DNA from: Candidatus Hydrogenedentota bacterium | GTDB lineage: Bacteria; Hydrogenedentota; Hydrogenedentia; Hydrogenedentales; SLHB01 | DNA length: 16,536 bases | Assembly: GCA_029974275.1 (NCBI GenBank) | Contig: JARKSN010000247.1 | Span: 1 to 16,536 of the forward strand | Direction: 5' to 3' | Shown here: piece by piece, positions 14,349-16,536 of the stretch | Position numbering within the stretch: position 1 is the stretch's first letter | Layout of the letters: every line of letters starts with the position of its first letter | The notes under the pieces: model-generated | What the model saw: the letters and a program-made list of their open reading frames with translations, nothing else | Databases searched by the model: none | Told to the model about the DNA's origin: nothing | Made by a program: the position numbers and the translations under genes

Positions 14349-15478
14349 GCTTCCTCGAAGAACTGCGCCAGTGGCCGGCCGCACGGGTGCGTGACGCCAT
14401 CGAGCGGACACGTCCCGCCGACGTCGCGCGCGCGCTAGGCCGCGAAGAACGCACGCCGGAAGACATGGCCGCGTTGCTATCGCCGCATGCCGTGGCGCAC
14501 CTCGAAGACATGGCCCGCGAGGCGCAACGGCTGACGCGCTGGCACTTTGGCCGGACCATCGGCCTCTACGTGCCGCTCTATGCCTCGAACATTTGCGGCG
14601 CGGACTGCGTGTACTGCGGCTATGCCGTGCGATCCCGCAGAAAAGAAAAGCGCCTCAAACTCACCCCGGACATCATCCGTCGCGAATGCGAGCAACTCGC
14701 CGCGCACGGCTTCAAGAACCTGCTCATTCTCACCGGCGAGGCCCGCGTCGCGACGCCGGTGCGTTACATTGCCGAGTGCGTCGCGATCGCGCGCGAGTAT
14801 TTCCCCTCCGTCTCCGTCGAGGTGTATTCGCTCCAAACCGACGAATACCGCACGCTTGTCGAACACGGCCTCGAAGGCGTTACGCTCTATCAGGAAACCT
14901 ACGATCCCGAGACCTACCCCCGCCTGCATCTCAAGGGCGAGAAGATGGACTACGCGTATCGCATCGATGCGCCGGAACGCGCCGGGCGCGCGGGCGTGCG
15001 CAAGCTGGGCATCGGAGCGTTGCTGGGGCTGTGCGATTGGCGCGTGGACGGATTTTGGACCGCGTTGCACGGACGCTATCTCGAACGCGCCTGCTGGCAG
15101 AGTTCGGTGAGCGTGTCGTTTCCTCGGTTGCGGCGCACGCCGGCGCGTTTCGCGATCCCGCACATTCTTACAGACGCGGAACTCGTGCAACTCATGCTCG
15201 CGATGCGCCTGTTCCTGCCGCACGCGGGCATCACGCTCTCGACGCGCGAACCCGCCGCATTGCGCGACCGCCTGATCCCGCTCGGCGTCACGATGATGAG
15301 CGCGGGGTCCTCGACGCGTCCCGGCGGCTACACGACGTTTGGCGAAGAGACCCTTCAACAATTCGAGATCGAAGACGCACGCAACCCCGAAGAAGTCGTC
15401 GAAGCCATCCGCCGCGCCGGCTATGACCCCGTGTGGAAAGACTTCGATCACGCTTTCGACGAGGCTGCCCGACGCTGA
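14345..15478 (+). CDS. thiH: 2-iminoacetate synthase (radical SAM tyrosine lyase)
   Basis: [16 protein letters not shown] (CxxxCxxC), [37 protein letters not shown] and PVWKD. The ATG overlaps the thiG stop (ATGA). Confidence 0.96.
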   Translation: MSFLEELRQWPAARVRDAIERTRPADVARALGREERTPEDMAALLSPHAVAHLEDMAREAQRLTRWHFGRTIGLYVPLYASNICGADCVYCGYAVRSRRKEKRLKLTPDIIRRECEQLAAHGFKNLLILTGEARVATPVRYIAECVAIAREYFPSVSVEVYSLQTDEYRTLVEHGLEGVTLYQETYDPETYPRLHLKGEKMDYAYRIDAPERAGRAGVRKLGIGALLGLCDWRVDGFWTALHGRYLERACWQSSVSVSFPRLRRTPARFAIPHILTDAELVQLMLAMRLFLPHAGITLSTREPAALRDRLIPLGVTMMSAGSSTRPGGYTTFGEETLQQFEIEDARNPEEVVEAIRRAGYDPVWKDFDHAFDEAARR

Positions 15479-15501
15479 GGAACCCTCCTTTGGGCAAGGT
15501 C

Positions 15502-16536
15502 ATGCGGACAACGGGCGCGCGAACGCGACGGTTGTGGGCCGACGTGCGGCGACATCCGTGGCGCACGATGATTGCGTTGTGCGCGGCGATCGCGGCGGCC
15601 TGCGCGCTGATGCTGGCGTGGCCGATGGACCTGCATCGCTTTCTCGCGCCGCAGGGTTCCGGACTGATCCTCGATCGCAACGGCAACGTGCTTTACGCAT
15701 TCCTGGACCGCGACGATGCCTGGCGGTTCCCGCGCGAACTCGACGCGATCAGTCCGCGCCTGATCGAAGCGGTGATCGCCGCCGAGGACCAGCGCTACTA
15801 CCGCCATATCGGCGTCGATCCCGCGGCCATCGCCCGCGCGGCGTGGCAAAACCTGCGCGCACGCGGGATCGTCTCCGGCGCATCGACGATCACCATGCAA
15901 GTCGTCAAGCAAACCGCCGGGCGCGATCGCACCGCCTGGGGCAAGCTCCGGCAAGCCGTGCAAGCGCTGCGCTTGGAATGCCGCGTCGATAAACGCGCCA
16001 TCCTGGCGTCCTACCTCAACGGCGCGCCCTATGGCGGCAATCTAGTGGGATGCGAGGCGGCGGCGCGCCGCTATTTTGGAAAGGCCGCGTCGAATCTGGA
16101 CCTTGCCGAGGCGGCGTTGCTGGCGGGACTGCCGAAGGCCCCTTCGGCGCTGATGCCGCTCCATCATCCCGAAGCCGCGCTGGAACGGCGCGCGTACGTG
16201 CTGGCGCGCATGCGCGACGAAGGCTATATCGGCGCAGCGGATTGCGCCCGCGCCCAAGCGGCTCCGTTGAACGTTGCGCGGCATGACTTTCCCGCATTGG
16301 CGCCGCATCTTGCCTTGCAATTCCGCGAAGAATGCCAAAAAACCGGCGCGCCGATCGGCATGACGCTCGACGCTGCGCTGCAAACACGGGCCGAACGCAT
16401 CGTGCGCGAACACGTCCAACGCTACGCCGGCCAGATCACCAACGCCGCCGCCATCGTCGTGGACGTGCCGCATGCCGCCGTGCTGGCGCGCGTGGGTTCC
16501 GCCGATTTCGCGAACACGCCCGGCGGCGGACAGGTG
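15502..16536 (+). CDS. pbpC: Penicillin-binding protein 1C (class A PBP), partial, runs off the right edge
   Basis: Not in the ORF track. Manual translation from ATG 15502 gives a TM anchor, then DRNG...DDAWRF, transglycosylase motifs AEDQRYYRHIGVD, SGASTITMQ, YLNGAPYGGNLVG, YFGK and EAALLAGLP, followed by TLDAALQ and VGSADF...GQV typical of PBP1C. Confidence 0.9.
   Translation, partial: MRTTGARTRRLWADVRRHPWRTMIALCAAIAAACALMLAWPMDLHRFLAPQGSGLILDRNGNVLYAFLDRDDAWRFPRELDAISPRLIEAVIAAEDQRYYRHIGVDPAAIARAAWQNLRARGIVSGASTITMQVVKQTAGRDRTAWGKLRQAVQALRLECRVDKRAILASYLNGAPYGGNLVGCEAAARRYFGKAASNLDLAEAALLAGLPKAPSALMPLHHPEAALERRAYVLARMRDEGYIGAADCARAQAAPLNVARHDFPALAPHLALQFREECQKTGAPIGMTLDAALQTRAERIVREHVQRYAGQITNAAAIVVDVPHAAVLARVGSADFANTPGGGQV

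Noticed and set aside
15339..15992. 217-aa plus-strand ORF after thiH
   Set aside because: Out-of-frame overlap with pbpC, whose frame from 15502 carries all the transglycosylase motifs.

Overview
GC-rich bacterial window with ten complete and two partial genes. (1) 1-4948, minus strand: a type II secretion / type IV pilus-like operon with two tandem GspF/PilC platform paralogues, a short GspE/PilB ATPase and two prepilin-like genes (the last runs off the left edge). (2) 4949-5562: a divergent intergenic region holding an inverted pair of GTAG-type REP-like palindromes. (3) 5563-12044, plus strand: a secreted dockerin + 3x Ig-like + 12x Kelch/Asp-box protein, a GT-C (ArnT/PMT-like) membrane glycosyltransferase and an M32 carboxypeptidase. 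(4) A convergent ArsR-family regulator. (5) thiF/moeB-thiG-thiH, with no thiS and no recognisable TPP riboswitch, followed by a partial pbpC. The most unusual signal is a set of nested palindromes at pilus-operon gene junctions whose arms are built from about three tandem units (periods 8, 9 and 10 bp). One lies in frame inside the cleavable leader of a prepilin, where it has to be translated. The dockerin-like motif style suggests Ca. Hydrogenedentota or a similar lineage (unverified inference).
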